Shown in pieces: positions 10,271 through 20,718 of a stretch of 64,000 nt of DNA. Within the stretch, counting starts at the first letter, position 1; the number at the start of each line of letters is the position of its first letter. A model generated the notes under the pieces. The model was not told where the DNA came from and made no database searches. It was given only the letters and a program-made list of their open reading frames with translations. The DNA comes from Leidyana gryllorum EB-2025a (taxonomy: Eukaryota; Protista; Apicomplexa), in the NCBI GenBank assembly GCA_048772705.1, contig JBLWGC010000174.1, forward strand, positions 14,534 through 78,533, in the 5' to 3' direction. Made by a program: the position numbers and the translations under genes.

Positions 10271-10342
10271 GTCCGAGTCGTCTAGTGGTTAGGACAGCAC
10301 GTTGTGGCCGTGCAAACCCAGGCTCGATTCCTGGCTCGGACA
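10271..10342 (+). tRNA. trnH: tRNA-His(GTG), C at position 54
   Basis: GTCCGAG/CTCGGAC acceptor, TTGTGGC loop. Confidence 0.88.
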
Positions 10343-10417
10343 AGCAGTCTAAAGTGCATTGCTCTTCGCCCCGGTTGAAAATATTGTTGCAGCCATGGTC
10401 AAGCCTGTACGATCGGC

Positions 10418-10488
10418 TGCACCTGCCGGGACTCGAACCCGGGCTGCGAGCATGGGAAGCTCGCATCCTACCCTTGGACCACAAGTGC
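10418..10488 (-). tRNA. trnG: tRNA-Gly(CCC)
   Basis: TTCCCAT loop. Confidence 0.9.
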
Positions 10489-10686
10489 ACTCGAGAAAGA
10501 GCTCCAGCACCCCGAGACTCGGCCGCAGTCTGCGTTGAGCTAGTGGGTGCCTCAAGTACGGGCAGGTTCCAGTCTGCGACTTTGTGGCTAAGAGACTTAC
10601 CCTCTGGTGGCTGAACTACGAGGCTCGGCTAAGATGATTGGACCTTGAGAGACTTGAGCTTTGCAGGTGCCCAGTCGATGCAGTCA

Positions 10687-10758
10687 AGCCTCCTGCCGGA
10701 ATCAAACCGGCGACCTTTCGCTTACTAAGCGAATGCTCTGCCTCTAAGCTAAGAAGGC
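10687..10758 (-). tRNA. trnT: tRNA-Thr(AGT) variant
   Basis: Thr body. Confidence 0.72.
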
Positions 10759-10981
10759 AATGCAGGCCGAAGATCACGAATCAGACACTATTGACGGAGA
10801 TTGCTGGGTACTTTGCTCGAGTATTCCACTGACCTCAACCACTGACGTCCACTGCCGGACTTGAGCCCGGAGCTTGCGGGTGAGGCCGCATATCCTAGCC
10901 ACTCAGACTACAGTGGGCAACATTCCACAGCGAAGGCAGCTAGTCAGCCAAATCATCGAAGTAAAGTGCTGAGCATTTGGC

Positions 10982-11054
10982 TACCTACGGCGAGACTCGA
11001 ACTCGCAACCTTTGGATTAGAAGTCCAACGCGCTATCCATTGCGCCACGTAGGC
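10982..11054 (-). tRNA. trnR: tRNA-Arg(TCT)
   Basis: intact. Confidence 0.92.
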
Positions 11055-11276
11055 GGCAGCTTTTCGACTAGATTGAAATAACAACATTCAAGTTTTTGGA
11101 CCACGCGCCAGCCGTTTCTCTGCAGCCAAAGTTGCATGGCGTTTGGATGACCTGGGTATCGATCCCAGTACCTCTCGCATGCAAAGCGAGCGCTGCACCA
11201 TCTGAGCTAGCCGCCCATCCGTACAACATGGAAGACCTATCGCATCAAGTGGCTGACCGAGTGCCGATACCATGGC

Positions 11277-11356
11277 TGACAAGAGTTGGATTCGAACCCA
11301 CGCCCTTTCGGACTGCGGCCTGAACACAGCGCCTTAGACCACTCGGCCATCTTGCC
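11277..11356 (-). tRNA. trnL: tRNA-Leu(CAG)
   Basis: Leu body. Confidence 0.82.
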
Positions 11357-11448
11357 GCAGTCTTGTTGGTTCGTCGCTCCACGCGTTTTTTTGTCCGTGA
11401 GCCGAAATAGAAAGACTTCTGGGATTGGAGGCCGGCGTGTTCGGAGCG

Positions 11449-11520
11449 TCCGAGTCAGTATAGTGGTTAGTGTCTCCGCCTGTCACGCGGAAGACCCGGG
11501 TTCGATTCCCGGCAGATGCA
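11449..11520 (+). pseudogene. Chimeric tRNA: Asp(GTC) body with Gly(GCC) 3' end
   Basis: switch within GACCCGGGTTCGATTCCCGG. Confidence 0.85.
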
Positions 11521-11584
11521 GAGGAGATAGCACAAGGTTGAGTTTTGCGCGTGAGTTGGTGTTCGACCCTCCGATCACATCGCA

Positions 11585-11666
11585 CGACAACTGCTGGATT
11601 TGAACCAGCGCGGGCCAGGCCCAGTAGATTTCGAGTCTACCCCCTTAACCACTCGGGCAAGTTGCC
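11585..11666 (-). tRNA. trnS: tRNA-Ser(CGA)
   Basis: CTCGAAA loop. Confidence 0.9.
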
Positions 11667-11867
11667 AACGGTGGAACTCGGCATGCCGCAGGCAGTGGCT
11701 TCACATACGGTTCAGCAGCTTGACTCGGACCGCTCGCGCTGTCCGAACCCGCGGTCTCTCCATTGAAAGTCTTGCGCTCTACCAACGGAGCTGGCGCGGC
11801 AAGGAAGCTTGGACTTGGTAAAAAGTTCCTTTCGTATTGGCAACTCTTTATCAAAGATCCACTCACT

Positions 11868-11941
11868 TGGTCACGCCCGGGCTCAAACAGGGGACCTTGA
11901 GCTTATTAGGCTCACGCTCTAACCGACTGAGCCACGCGACC
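11868..11941 (-). tRNA. trnI: tRNA-Ile(AAT) variant
   Basis: CTAATAA loop, T-arm changes. Confidence 0.68.
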
Positions 11942-12062
11942 ACTTCTGCGACGACAGATGGCACCTATTCACTTACTTGATGCCTCTGCGTCGCCACTGC
12001 AATCTCTAGCATGTATTGCTGGTGTTTTGAGCCCAGCCGCCTACTACGATGATCGCAGCACA

Positions 12063-12144
12063 CGACAACTGCTGGATTTGAACCAGCGCGGGCCAGGCCC
12101 AGTAGATTTCTAGTCTACCCCCTTAACCACTCGGGCAAGTTGCC
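12063..12144 (-). tRNA. trnS: tRNA-Ser(AGA)
   Basis: CTAGAAA loop. Confidence 0.92.
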
Positions 12145-12588
12145 GCTGTTGAACTTGGCATTTTGCGGCCAGTGGCTTCACATACGGTTCAGCGAGCTTT
12201 ACTAGGACTCCTCGCGCCGCCCGAACCCGCGGATCTCCCTTCAAAAGTCTTGCGCTCTACTGACGGAGTTGGGGCGGCAAGGAAGCTCGCCCCGTACCCG
12301 AGGAAGGCCCAAGATTCCACGATCAATACAAATGGAATTGGTTACTACGTCCGAATCTGTATCAGAGATCCACTCACTTGATCACGCCGACATACCATGT
12401 TTTCCAAGACGGTACGGCTCTCGGCCGAAGCCCAACTCAACCACTCAACCACTCGTCCACTGGAGTCTAAGTGGCTAGGATACGGGGCTTTCACCAGGAC
12501 GATTCGGGTTCAAGTCCCGGCAGTGGAAATCCACCAGAGTTTGGTTGTAGGCACCGGTTCCATTCTTACTCCCAGAGACATTGATTTG

Positions 12589-12661
12589 CACCGCCCGCGG
12601 GGCTCGAACCCGCGACTGCAAGATTAACAGTCTTGCGCTCTACGGACTGAGCTAGGGCGGC
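12589..12661 (-). tRNA. tRNA-Lys body with GTT (Asn) anticodon
   Basis: CAAGA-CT-GTT-AA-TCTTG. Confidence 0.75.
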
Positions 12662-12959
12662 TAACGAAGCTCTAGACTTAGTTACACCCTATTTGCCGTT
12701 GGGCGGAGCAGTGGAAGTCATTGGACCGGTGGAACACGCTTAGTAAGCGAAAGGTCGCCGGTTCGATTCGGGCAGAAGGCTTTGTTGCATCGATAGGCTT
12801 AAGAGGAATGGCTGTCGCCACGTACAAGATTCACAAGATCGTGTTCTGCATCTGTGGTCTAGTGGAAGAGTCGCTCGCTGCCATCGAGATAACCTGTGTG
12901 CGATTCCCGACTGCAAAATGGTAGCATGATGAGTTTGTCGGCGGTTTCGATTCTGACCG

Positions 12960-13032
12960 TGGGAGTGGAGAGGATCGAACTCTCGACTTCAGGATTATGA
13001 GACCTACGCGCTACCGACTGCGCTACACTCCC
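12960..13032 (-). tRNA. trnM: elongator tRNA-Met(CAT)
   Basis: intact. Confidence 0.9.
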
Positions 13033-13268
13033 CCTCCGACTTTCTCCGAGGAATCACCTGAACCCAGAACCATGCTGCCAGGCAGGTTGGGTCAAGATAC
13101 AACAAAGCGGGCTGTTCTGGGAATGGAACTTAGGACTTCTTCCACCCGACGGAGGTATCATACCACTACACCAAACAGCCGCCTGTCGTTCGTGCAACCC
13201 GCTGAAGACAGTTTAAAAAGTGGTCATCCTATGTTGAGAACCAACAAATGCGATGGGGTCTGCACCAC

Positions 13269-13341
13269 GGGCGACTAGCTCAAATGGTAGAGCGCTCGCT
13301 TCGCATGCGAGAGGTACTGGGATCGATACCCAGGTCGTCCA
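13269..13341 (+). tRNA. trnA: tRNA-Ala(CGC)
   Basis: TTCGCAT loop. Confidence 0.92.
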
Positions 13342-13456
13342 AAGTACGTACAGCTGCACGTGGCGGGATCCAAACAAACTTCCATCTTTGACGGGTCGCA
13401 GACCACAAGTGCCATTGGCACACCAGCGCACTCAGTGTTTAGTGTGCCTCTGAAAC

Positions 13457-13529
13457 CGGTCCTGGCAGGTTTCGAACCTGCGACTTTGTGGTTAACAGCC
13501 ACACGCTCTGCCGACTGAGCTACAAGACC
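13457..13529 (-). tRNA. trnN: tRNA-Asn(GTT)
   Basis: intact. Confidence 0.92.
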
Positions 13530-13646
13530 CAGCTACAATGGTTCAGAGGTTAGTATAGAGATCCTCCTTTTTCTACAACAGGATTCTGCAACCACGTCTT
13601 GTCAAGAGGGTACGGCTCTCGGCTAAAGCCTCAACTCGACCACTTG

Positions 13647-13719
13647 TCCACTGTAGTCTAAGTGGCTAGGATGTGCGGCTCTCACCCGCACGATCCGGGT
13701 TCAAGTCCCGGCAGTGGAA
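13647..13719 (+). tRNA. trnE: tRNA-Glu(CTC)
   Basis: Glu body. Confidence 0.88.
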
Positions 13720-13795
13720 GTCATTGAAGTACTCGAGCAAAGTGCTCCACTAATCTCCGTCAGTAGCCATCGTTTCGTTATCTCCAACTTACATT

Positions 13796-13867
13796 GCCTT
13801 CTTAGCTTAGGGGCAGAGCGTTCGCTTCATAAGCGAGAAGTCGCCGGTTCGATTCCGGCAGAAGGCT
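13796..13867 (+). tRNA. tRNA-Thr body with CAT (Met) anticodon
   Basis: TTCGC-TT-CAT-AA-GCGAG; otherwise equals Thr(CGT). Confidence 0.8.
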
Positions 13868-14045
13868 TTGTTGCATCGATAGGCTGAAGAGGAATGGCTG
13901 TCGCCACGTACAAGATTCACAAGATCGTGTTCTGCATCTGTGGTCTAGTGGAAGAGTCGCTCGCTGCCATCGAGATAACCTGTGTGCGATTCCCGACTGC
14001 AAAATGGTAGCATGATGAGTTTGTCGGCGGTTTCGATTCTGACCG

Positions 14046-14118
14046 TGGGAGTGGAGAGGATCGAACTCTCGACTTCAGGATTATGAGACCTACGAGCTAC
14101 CGACTGCGCTACACTCCC
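14046..14118 (-). tRNA. trnM: elongator tRNA-Met(CAT) variant
   Basis: tandem copy of 12960. Confidence 0.8.
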
Positions 14119-14354
14119 CCTCCGACTTTCTCCGAGGAATCACCTGAACCCAGAACCATGCTGCCAGGCAGGTTGGGTCAAGATACAACAAAGCGGGCTG
14201 TTCTGGGAATGGAACCTAGGACTTCTTCCACCCGACGGAGGTATCATACCACTACACCAAACAGCCGCCTGTCGTTCGTGCAACCCGCTGAAGACAGTTT
14301 AAAAAGTGGTCATCCTATGTTGAGAACCAACAAATGCGATGGGGTCTGCACCAC

Positions 14355-14427
14355 GGGCGACTAGCTCAAATGGTAGAGCGCTCGCTTCGCATGCGAGAGG
14401 TACTGGGATCGATACCCAGGTCGTCCA
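14355..14427 (+). tRNA. trnA: tRNA-Ala(CGC)
   Basis: intact. Confidence 0.92.
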
Positions 14428-14939
14428 AAGTACGTACGGCTGCACGTGGCGGGATGCAAACAAACTTCCATCTTTGAAGGGTCGCAGACCACAAGTGCCA
14501 TTGGCACACCAGCGCACTCAGTGTTTAGTGTGCCTCTGAAAGCGGTCCTGGCAGGTTTCGAAACTGCGACTTTGTGGTGAACAGCTACACGCTTTGCCGA
14601 CTGAGCTACAAGACCCAGTTGCAATGTTCTTTTGAGCGAGGAGAAATCATACCTTCAGACCAAACAGCCCCCTGGTCGGCCTGCCCAGCTACGGCACTCA
14701 TAAGTGTCAAATCGATCCGCATCTCAAGAACCACATTTCCGCTTCCTGCATGATATCCGACGCTGGAGTAGTGGAACTCAGTGCGAGAGTGTTGGGCTTA
14801 TGACTGCAGTGTCCGAGGTCTCCCGCAACACGGGTCTCTACTGATCTCTGAAATATTAAGTGGCTCCTGTATATAGCGCGCAGCGTAGAGCCTTGGATTT
14901 GGGTCGGACAAAGCAGTTGCGCTTTTTCCCGAATGCTAC

Positions 14940-15021
14940 CGACAGGGGTGAGATTCGAACTCACGCGGGTGAAACCCAACGGCTTAGCAGGCCGCCGCCT
15001 CAACCACTCGGCCACCTTGCC
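14940..15021 (-). tRNA. trnS: tRNA-Ser(GCT)
   Basis: Ser body. Confidence 0.82.
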
Positions 15022-15494
15022 GAGAGTGGAACGGGCTACGCCTTCCATCGGGATCCCGTGCGAATTGGTAGTGCTCCTTCTCCGTGCAGAAAGGTCTGAG
15101 CGGCCGCTTCAATCCCAGTCATGGGGTTTTGCTGAACACATCAGTCGGCTCCTTTGGCTACTGACTGTTCACCTCAACTCTGAAGCGGTCGCGTATTTCA
15201 GGCGGCCAGAGCGTGAGCCTAATGAGTTCTGAGTCCGCGGTTGGAGCCCGTGCGTGACCAAGTGAGTGCATCTCTGATACAGCTTCGCCCTGTACCCGAG
15301 GAAGGCCCAAGATTCAACGATCAATACGAATGGAATTTGTTACTAAGTCCGAGCTTCGTCGCCGCCCCAAGTCCGTCGATAGAGCGCAAGACTTTTGATG
15401 GGAGACCGCAGGTTCGGGCAGCGCGAGAAGTCCGAGTCGAGCTTGCTGAACCGTATGTGACGGCACTGGGCGCAAGATGCCCAGTTGGACAGGT

Positions 15495-15548
15495 GGCAAC
15501 TTGCCCGAGTGGTTAGGGGGTAGACTCTGCCGACTGAGCTACAAGACC
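15495..15548. pseudogene. Convergent fusion of Ser 5' half (+) and Asn 5' half (-)
   Basis: GGCAACTTGCCCGAGTGGTTAGGGGGTAGA|CTCTGCCGACTGAGCTACAAGACC. Confidence 0.85.
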
Positions 15549-15689
15549 CAGTTGCAATGTTCTTTTAAGCGGGGAAAAATCATACCTTCAGACCAAACAG
15601 TCTCCTGGTCGGCCTGCCCGGCTAGGGCACTCATAGGTGTCAAATGCTGGACTACTCGGCGGTCGCGTTCGGCTGTCATTGGGTTGATT

Positions 15690-15763
15690 TGCTCCCCGGG
15701 GGGATCGAACCCTCGACCTTCGGCACATAAGGCCGATGCTCTAACCAGCTGAGCTAGGGGAGC
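15690..15763 (-). tRNA. trnI: tRNA-Ile(TAT), intronless
   Basis: TCGGC-CT-TAT-GT-GCCGA. Confidence 0.85.
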
Positions 15764-16074
15764 GATCACCGCCGTTCCACCGCGTAACTCACATTCGATT
15801 CTATCTCAGGGGGTTGTTACATCAAGTGTCAGAATGCCCCGGCCTCGTGCCGACCAAGCTTGTCAGCGTCTCTGCTAATTTGCCACGGCGGTTTGAGGCG
15901 TGCCTCCTGCGTCTGTCGGGAATCGAACCTGAGTCGTCTCGGTGGCAACGACACATTCTACCACAAGACCACAGATGCACAACTCGTTGTTGTTTAAGCT
16001 CGTGCACAATACCGGCCGTTTTGCTTCAGAAGAGAAGACAGAATCGAGTTGAGCGAGTATGACGGGTAGTTTGT

Positions 16075-16146
16075 GGGTACGTAGCTCAGTGGTAGAGCAG
16101 CTGACTGCAGATCAGCAAGTCCGTGGTTTAACTCCGCGCGTGCCCT
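16075..16146 (+). tRNA. trnC: tRNA-Cys(GCA)
   Basis: Cys body, T-loop variant. Confidence 0.8.
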
Positions 16147-16355
16147 GAAGATGGTTTGGAACGATCGGAGATGTTGGACCACAAGGCAATGAGTCTGGAG
16201 CGGGGGATGTTTTTGGGCCTATGGCGGAACGTAGCGCGTCTGACTCCTGCTTAGAAAATTGGGTGCTGTCCGCCAGTGTCTAAATGGCTCTGATGTTTGA
16301 TTCCAGCTCTCGGGGATCCAGCATCCGGGTCGGTGCCATCTGTCGTTGCAGAAGT

Positions 16356-16429
16356 GGTCGCGTAGCTCAGTCGGTTAGAGCGTGAGCCTAATAAGCTCAA
16401 GGTCCTCGGTTCGAGCCCGGGCGTGACCA
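16356..16429 (+). tRNA. trnI: tRNA-Ile(AAT)
   Basis: intact. Confidence 0.9.
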
Positions 16430-16639
16430 AGTGAGGGGATCTCTGCTAAAGAGTCGCCCCGCACGCGAGGAAACCACAACATTCTGCGACTAATACGAAA
16501 GGAACTTGTTACCAAGTCCGAGCTTCCCTGCCGCGCCAGCTCCGTCGCTAGAGCGCAAGACTCAATGGTGGAGAGTCCTAGTCAAACTTGCTGAACCGTA
16601 TGTGGAGCCACTGGCCGCAAAATGCCGAGTTGAACAGGT

Positions 16640-16721
16640 GGCAACTTGCCCGAGTGGTTAAGGGGGTAGACTAGAAATCTACTGGGCCTGGCCCGCGCTG
16701 GTTCAAATCCAGCAGTTGTCG
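16640..16721 (+). tRNA. trnS: tRNA-Ser(AGA)
   Basis: intact. Confidence 0.92.
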
Positions 16722-16785
16722 TGCGATGTGGTGGAAATGATGCAATTCCCAGCATCAAAAACTCATATGGGTCGAGACAGGGAAT

Positions 16786-16856
16786 GCCTCCTTAGCTTAG
16801 GGGCAGAGCATTCGCTTTGTAAGCGAAAGGTCGCTGTTCGATTCCGGCAGGAGGCT
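16786..16856 (+). tRNA. trnT: tRNA-Thr(TGT), 1-nt T-stem deletion
   Basis: Thr body. Confidence 0.7.
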
Positions 16857-17554
16857 TCAGTTATTAGCCTAAACATGGTTGCGATCCTCTGCCCGCATTT
16901 CGGACGGCGGCTTGCACACAGCACTCGGCCATCTTGCCGGAGTGTTCTTGGCTCGCCGTTCCACCCATTTCCTCTCGGTGAAATCTCAAAATGCGAGGAC
17001 TTCTGGGGTTGGAGGCCGGCGAGTTTACTAGCGCCCGAGATAGTATAGTGGTCAGTATTTCCGCCTGTCACGCGGGATACCCTGGTTCGATTCCCGGTCT
17101 CGGGGCACAGATGGCTTCGCTGAAGATTCTCTCTTTTAGTTCTCGCTGAACGTCGCGAGCTACAGCCACCGAGGACCGAACTCGGGACCTTTTGGGTGTT
17201 GAGCAGACGTCGTAACCACTATACCGTTGACTGCATGAATGGGCCCCGCAGCCCAAGAGGAGTGGCGAAGTTTTACGGAGCAGTGAAGACCAGTTCCAAG
17301 GTCGCGCCGGAAATCGAACCCAGGTCGGGAGATTCAGAGTCTCCAGTGCTAACCACTCACCACGCAACCGCTTCAGCCCATCCCAGAAGAGTCGGTAGAA
17401 CTATCCGGACTAGCCCTTTCTCAAATGAACACACGCAACACGAGTCTCTCTACTGACCGCTGAAATAATTAATTGGCTCCTGTATATAGCGCCCAGCGTA
17501 GAGCGTTCTATTTGAGTCGGACAATCATTGAAGCACGCTCTCCGCGAATGCTAC

Positions 17555-17636
17555 CGACAAGGGTGAGATTCGAACTCACGCGGGTGGAACCCAACGGCTT
17601 AGCAGGCCGCCGCCTTAACCGCTCGGCCACCTTGCC
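17555..17636 (-). tRNA. trnS: tRNA-Ser(GCT)
   Basis: intact. Confidence 0.9.
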
Positions 17637-17857
17637 GAGAGTGTAACTGATTACATCCTCCCTCGGGAAGGAATCGAACCGGCGACCTTTCGCTTACTAA
17701 GCGAATGCTCTGCCCCAAGCTAAGAAGGCAATGTTAACTGGACATCACGAATGAGTCCCTATTGACGGAAGTTACTGAAGCACATTGTTCCACCACTCAA
17801 TACTTCCACTGCTCCACATACCGGCAAATAGGGTGTAACTAAGTTTAGAGCTTCCTT

Positions 17858-17930
17858 GCCGCCCTAGCTCAGTCGGTAGAGCGCAAGACTTTTAATCTTG
17901 CAGTCGCGGGTTCGAGCCCCGCGGGCGGTG
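17858..17930 (+). tRNA. trnK: tRNA-Lys(TTT)
   Basis: CTTTTAA loop. Confidence 0.92.
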
Positions 17931-17990
17931 CAAATCAATGTCTCTGGGAGTAGGAATGGAACCGTTGCCTACAAGCACACTCTGCTGGAT

Positions 17991-18063
17991 TTCCACTGCC
18001 GGGACTTGAACCCGGATCGTGCGGGTGAAAGCCCCATATCCTAGCCACTTAGACTACAGTGGA
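17991..18063 (-). tRNA. trnE: tRNA-Glu(TTC) variant
   Basis: CTTTCAC loop. Confidence 0.75.
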
Positions 18064-18385
18064 CAAGTTCCCCAGTTGAGGTCAACAAGACGTGGTCCGT
18101 CGGGTCAACCTACAACAAACGGGTTGCAGTAGAAAGTGGAGGGTCCCTCTACTAAGCTCTGCAACATTGTAAGGCGTCTTGTGAGCTCAGTCGGCAGAGC
18201 GTGTGGCTTTTGATGACAAGCTCGCAGGTCCGGAACCTAGCAAAACCGGCTTCAGACCCTAGACATTGACTGCGGTGCTCTCCCAATGGCACTTGTGGTT
18301 CGCGACCCTTCAAAGATGACAACGATCCCTCATCAGATACCTGTTTCCAGAGACACACGCCCCTTTCACAGTCCGAAAGCTCCGC

Positions 18386-18458
18386 GCAGCCATGGTCTAG
18401 TGGTTACGACGTCTGCTTCACACGCAGAAGGTCCCGAGTTCGATCCTCGGTGGCTGTA
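18386..18458 (+). tRNA. trnV: tRNA-Val(CAC)
   Basis: intact. Confidence 0.92.
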
Positions 18459-18660
18459 GCTCGCAACTTTATCTGAGCACCACGAAATCTGAAGCGGAAA
18501 AACGAACTGTGCTCCGAGACCGGGAATCGACCCTGATCTTCCGCGTGATAGCTATACTATCTCGGACGCTCTGGATACGCCGGCCTCCAACCCCAGAAGT
18601 TCTTCCATTTTGAGATTCCACGGATAGAAAACGCGTGGGGCGGCGAGCCAACAACATTTC

Positions 18661-18740
18661 GGCAAGATGGCCGAGTGGTCCAAGGCGCTGTGTTCAGGCC
18701 GCAGTCCGAAAGGGCGTGGGTTCGAATCCCACTCTTGTCA
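18661..18740 (+). tRNA. trnL: tRNA-Leu(CAG)
   Basis: intact. Confidence 0.92.
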
Positions 18741-18872
18741 GGCGTTGTAGTCAGGACAACCTGCGACTTCATCCCAGCATGCCCCCACGATGCGCGCGGG
18801 ACAGCCGGCCGTGCACGTGGCACCCGGCTAACTTTTGTCGATACAACTGCCACATGATTCTCCAGCTAAGTT

Positions 18873-18944
18873 GCCTTCTTAGCTTAGGGGCAGAGCGTTC
18901 GCTTCGTAAGCGAGAAGTCGCCGGTTCGATTCCGGCAGAAGGCT
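18873..18944 (+). tRNA. trnT: tRNA-Thr(CGT)
   Basis: TTCGTAA loop. Confidence 0.92.
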
Positions 18945-19122
18945 TTGATGCATCGATATGCTTATGAGGAATGGCTGTCACCACGTACAAGATTCACCAA
19001 ATCGTGTTCTGCATTTGTGGTCTAGTGGAAGAGTCGCTCGCTGCCATCGAGATAACCTGTGTGCGATTCCCGACTGCAAAATGGTAGCATGATGAGTTTG
19101 TCGGCGGTTTCGATTCCGACCG

Positions 19123-19195
19123 TGGGAGTGGAGAGGATCGAACTCTCGACTTCAGGATTATGAGACCTACGCGCTACCGACTGCGCTACACTCCC
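19123..19195 (-). tRNA. trnM: elongator tRNA-Met(CAT)
   Basis: intact. Confidence 0.9.
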
Positions 19196-19431
19196 CCTCC
19201 GACTTTCTCCGAGGAATCACCCGAACCCAGAACCATGCTGCCAGGCAGGTTGGGTCAAGATACAACAAAGCGGGCTGTTTTGGGAATGGAACCCAGGACT
19301 TCTTCCACCCGACGGAAGAATCATACCACTAGACCAAACAGCCGCCTGTCATTCGTGTAACCCGCTGAAGACAGTTTAAAAAGTGGTCATCCTATGTTGA
19401 GAACCAACAAATGCGATGGGGTCCGCATAAC

Positions 19432-19504
19432 GGGCGACTAGCTCAAATGGTAGAGCGCTCGCTTAGCATGCGAGAGGTACTGGGATCGATGCCCAGGTCG
19501 TCCA
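19432..19504 (+). tRNA. trnA: tRNA-Ala(AGC)
   Basis: intact. Confidence 0.92.
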
Positions 19505-19807
19505 AAGTACGTACGGCTGCACGTGGCCGGATTCAAACCCATCGTTGTCATCTTTGAAGGGTCGCGAACCACAAGTGCCATTGGGAGAGCACCGCAGTCA
19601 ATGTCTATTGTGCCTCTGAAGCCGGTTTTGCTAGGTTCCGGACCTGCGAGCTTGTCATCAAAAGCCACACGCTCTGCCGACTGAGCTCACAAGACGTCTT
19701 ACAATGTTGCAGAGCTTAGTAGAGGGACCCTCCACTTTCTACTGCAACCCCTTTGTTGTAGGTTGACCCGACGGACCACGTCTTGTTGACCTCAACTGGG
19801 GAACTTG

Positions 19808-19880
19808 TCCACTGTAGTCTAAGTGGCTAGGATATGCGGCTCTCACCCGCATGATCCGGGTTCAAGTCCCGGCAGTGGAA
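19808..19880 (+). tRNA. trnE: tRNA-Glu(CTC)
   Basis: intact. Confidence 0.9.
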
Positions 19881-20234
19881 GCTGCTCGAGCGAAGTGCTC
19901 CAGTAATCCCCGTCAACAGTGACTGATTCGTGATCTTCGGCCTGCATTGCCTTCTTAGCTTAGGGGAGCATTCGCTCAGTAAGCGAAAGGTCGCCGATTC
20001 GTTTCCTTCCCGAGGGAAGGTGTAACCAGTTACACTCTCGGCAAGGTGGCCGAGCGGTTAAAACGGCGGCCTGCTAAGCCGTTGGGTTTCAACCGCGTGA
20101 GTTCAAATCTCACCCTTGTCGGTAGCATTCGGGGAGAGCGCAACTGCTTCAATGATTGAAATGAGGTTTCTGCCCGACTCGAACTCGCTCCACGCTGAAC
20201 GCTATACCAAGTCAATTGTACTGTCTGATGCACC

Positions 20235-20306
20235 GGCTGTTTGGTCTAGTGGTATGATTCTTCCTTCGGGTGGAAGAAGTCCTGGGTTCGATATCCAGAA
20301 CAGCCC
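20235..20306 (+). tRNA. trnP: tRNA-Pro(CGG)
   Basis: TTCGGGT loop. Confidence 0.8.
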
Positions 20307-20517
20307 CGTTGCTTGTCGGTTGACCCTACGCTCCATCTCATTTCAAGATGGTACGGCTTTCGTCCAAAGCTGCAGCTGAGGAAGTTGTCCACTGTAGTCT
20401 AAGTGGCTAGGATATGCGACGCTCACCCGCACGATCCGGGTTCAAGTCGCGGCAGTGGAAATCCAGCAGAGTGTGCTTGTAGGCAACGGTTCCACTACTC
20501 CCAGAGACATTGATTTG

Positions 20518-20590
20518 CACCGCCCGCGGGGCTCGAACCCGCGACTGCAAGATTAAAAGTCTTGCGCTCTACCGACTGAGCTAGGGCGGC
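20518..20590 (-). tRNA. trnK: tRNA-Lys(TTT)
   Basis: intact. Confidence 0.92.
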
Positions 20591-20718
20591 AAGGAAGCTC
20601 TAAACTTAGTTACACCCTATTTGCCCTTGGGTGGAGCAGTGGAAGGATTGACTGGTGGAACAATGTGCTCCAGTAACTTCCGTCAATAGTGACTGATGCG
20701 TGATTACCAGCTGATATT

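Larger units (their letters stand above)
6850..10570 (+). repeat. ~3.7-kb direct duplication, copy at ~49081-52805 (offset 42231)
   Basis: ORF pairs 7219/49450, 8754/50985, 9798/52029. Confidence 0.93.
14560..16722 (+). repeat. ~2.1-kb inverted duplication, copy at ~55245-57410
   Basis: Mirror coordinates sum to ~71966 (15241..15516+ / 56450..56725-). Confidence 0.92.
10219..17673 (+). repeat. Direct duplication, copy at ~35453-41344 lacking 478-bp and 1086-bp internal units
   Basis: Offsets step 25234 -> 24756 -> 23670/23671. Confidence 0.93.
17991..19880. repeat. Inverted repeat arms 17991-18326 / 19541-19880 (Glu + degenerate Asn cassette)
   Basis: Direct reverse-complement match of ~335 bp. 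Confidence 0.88.
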
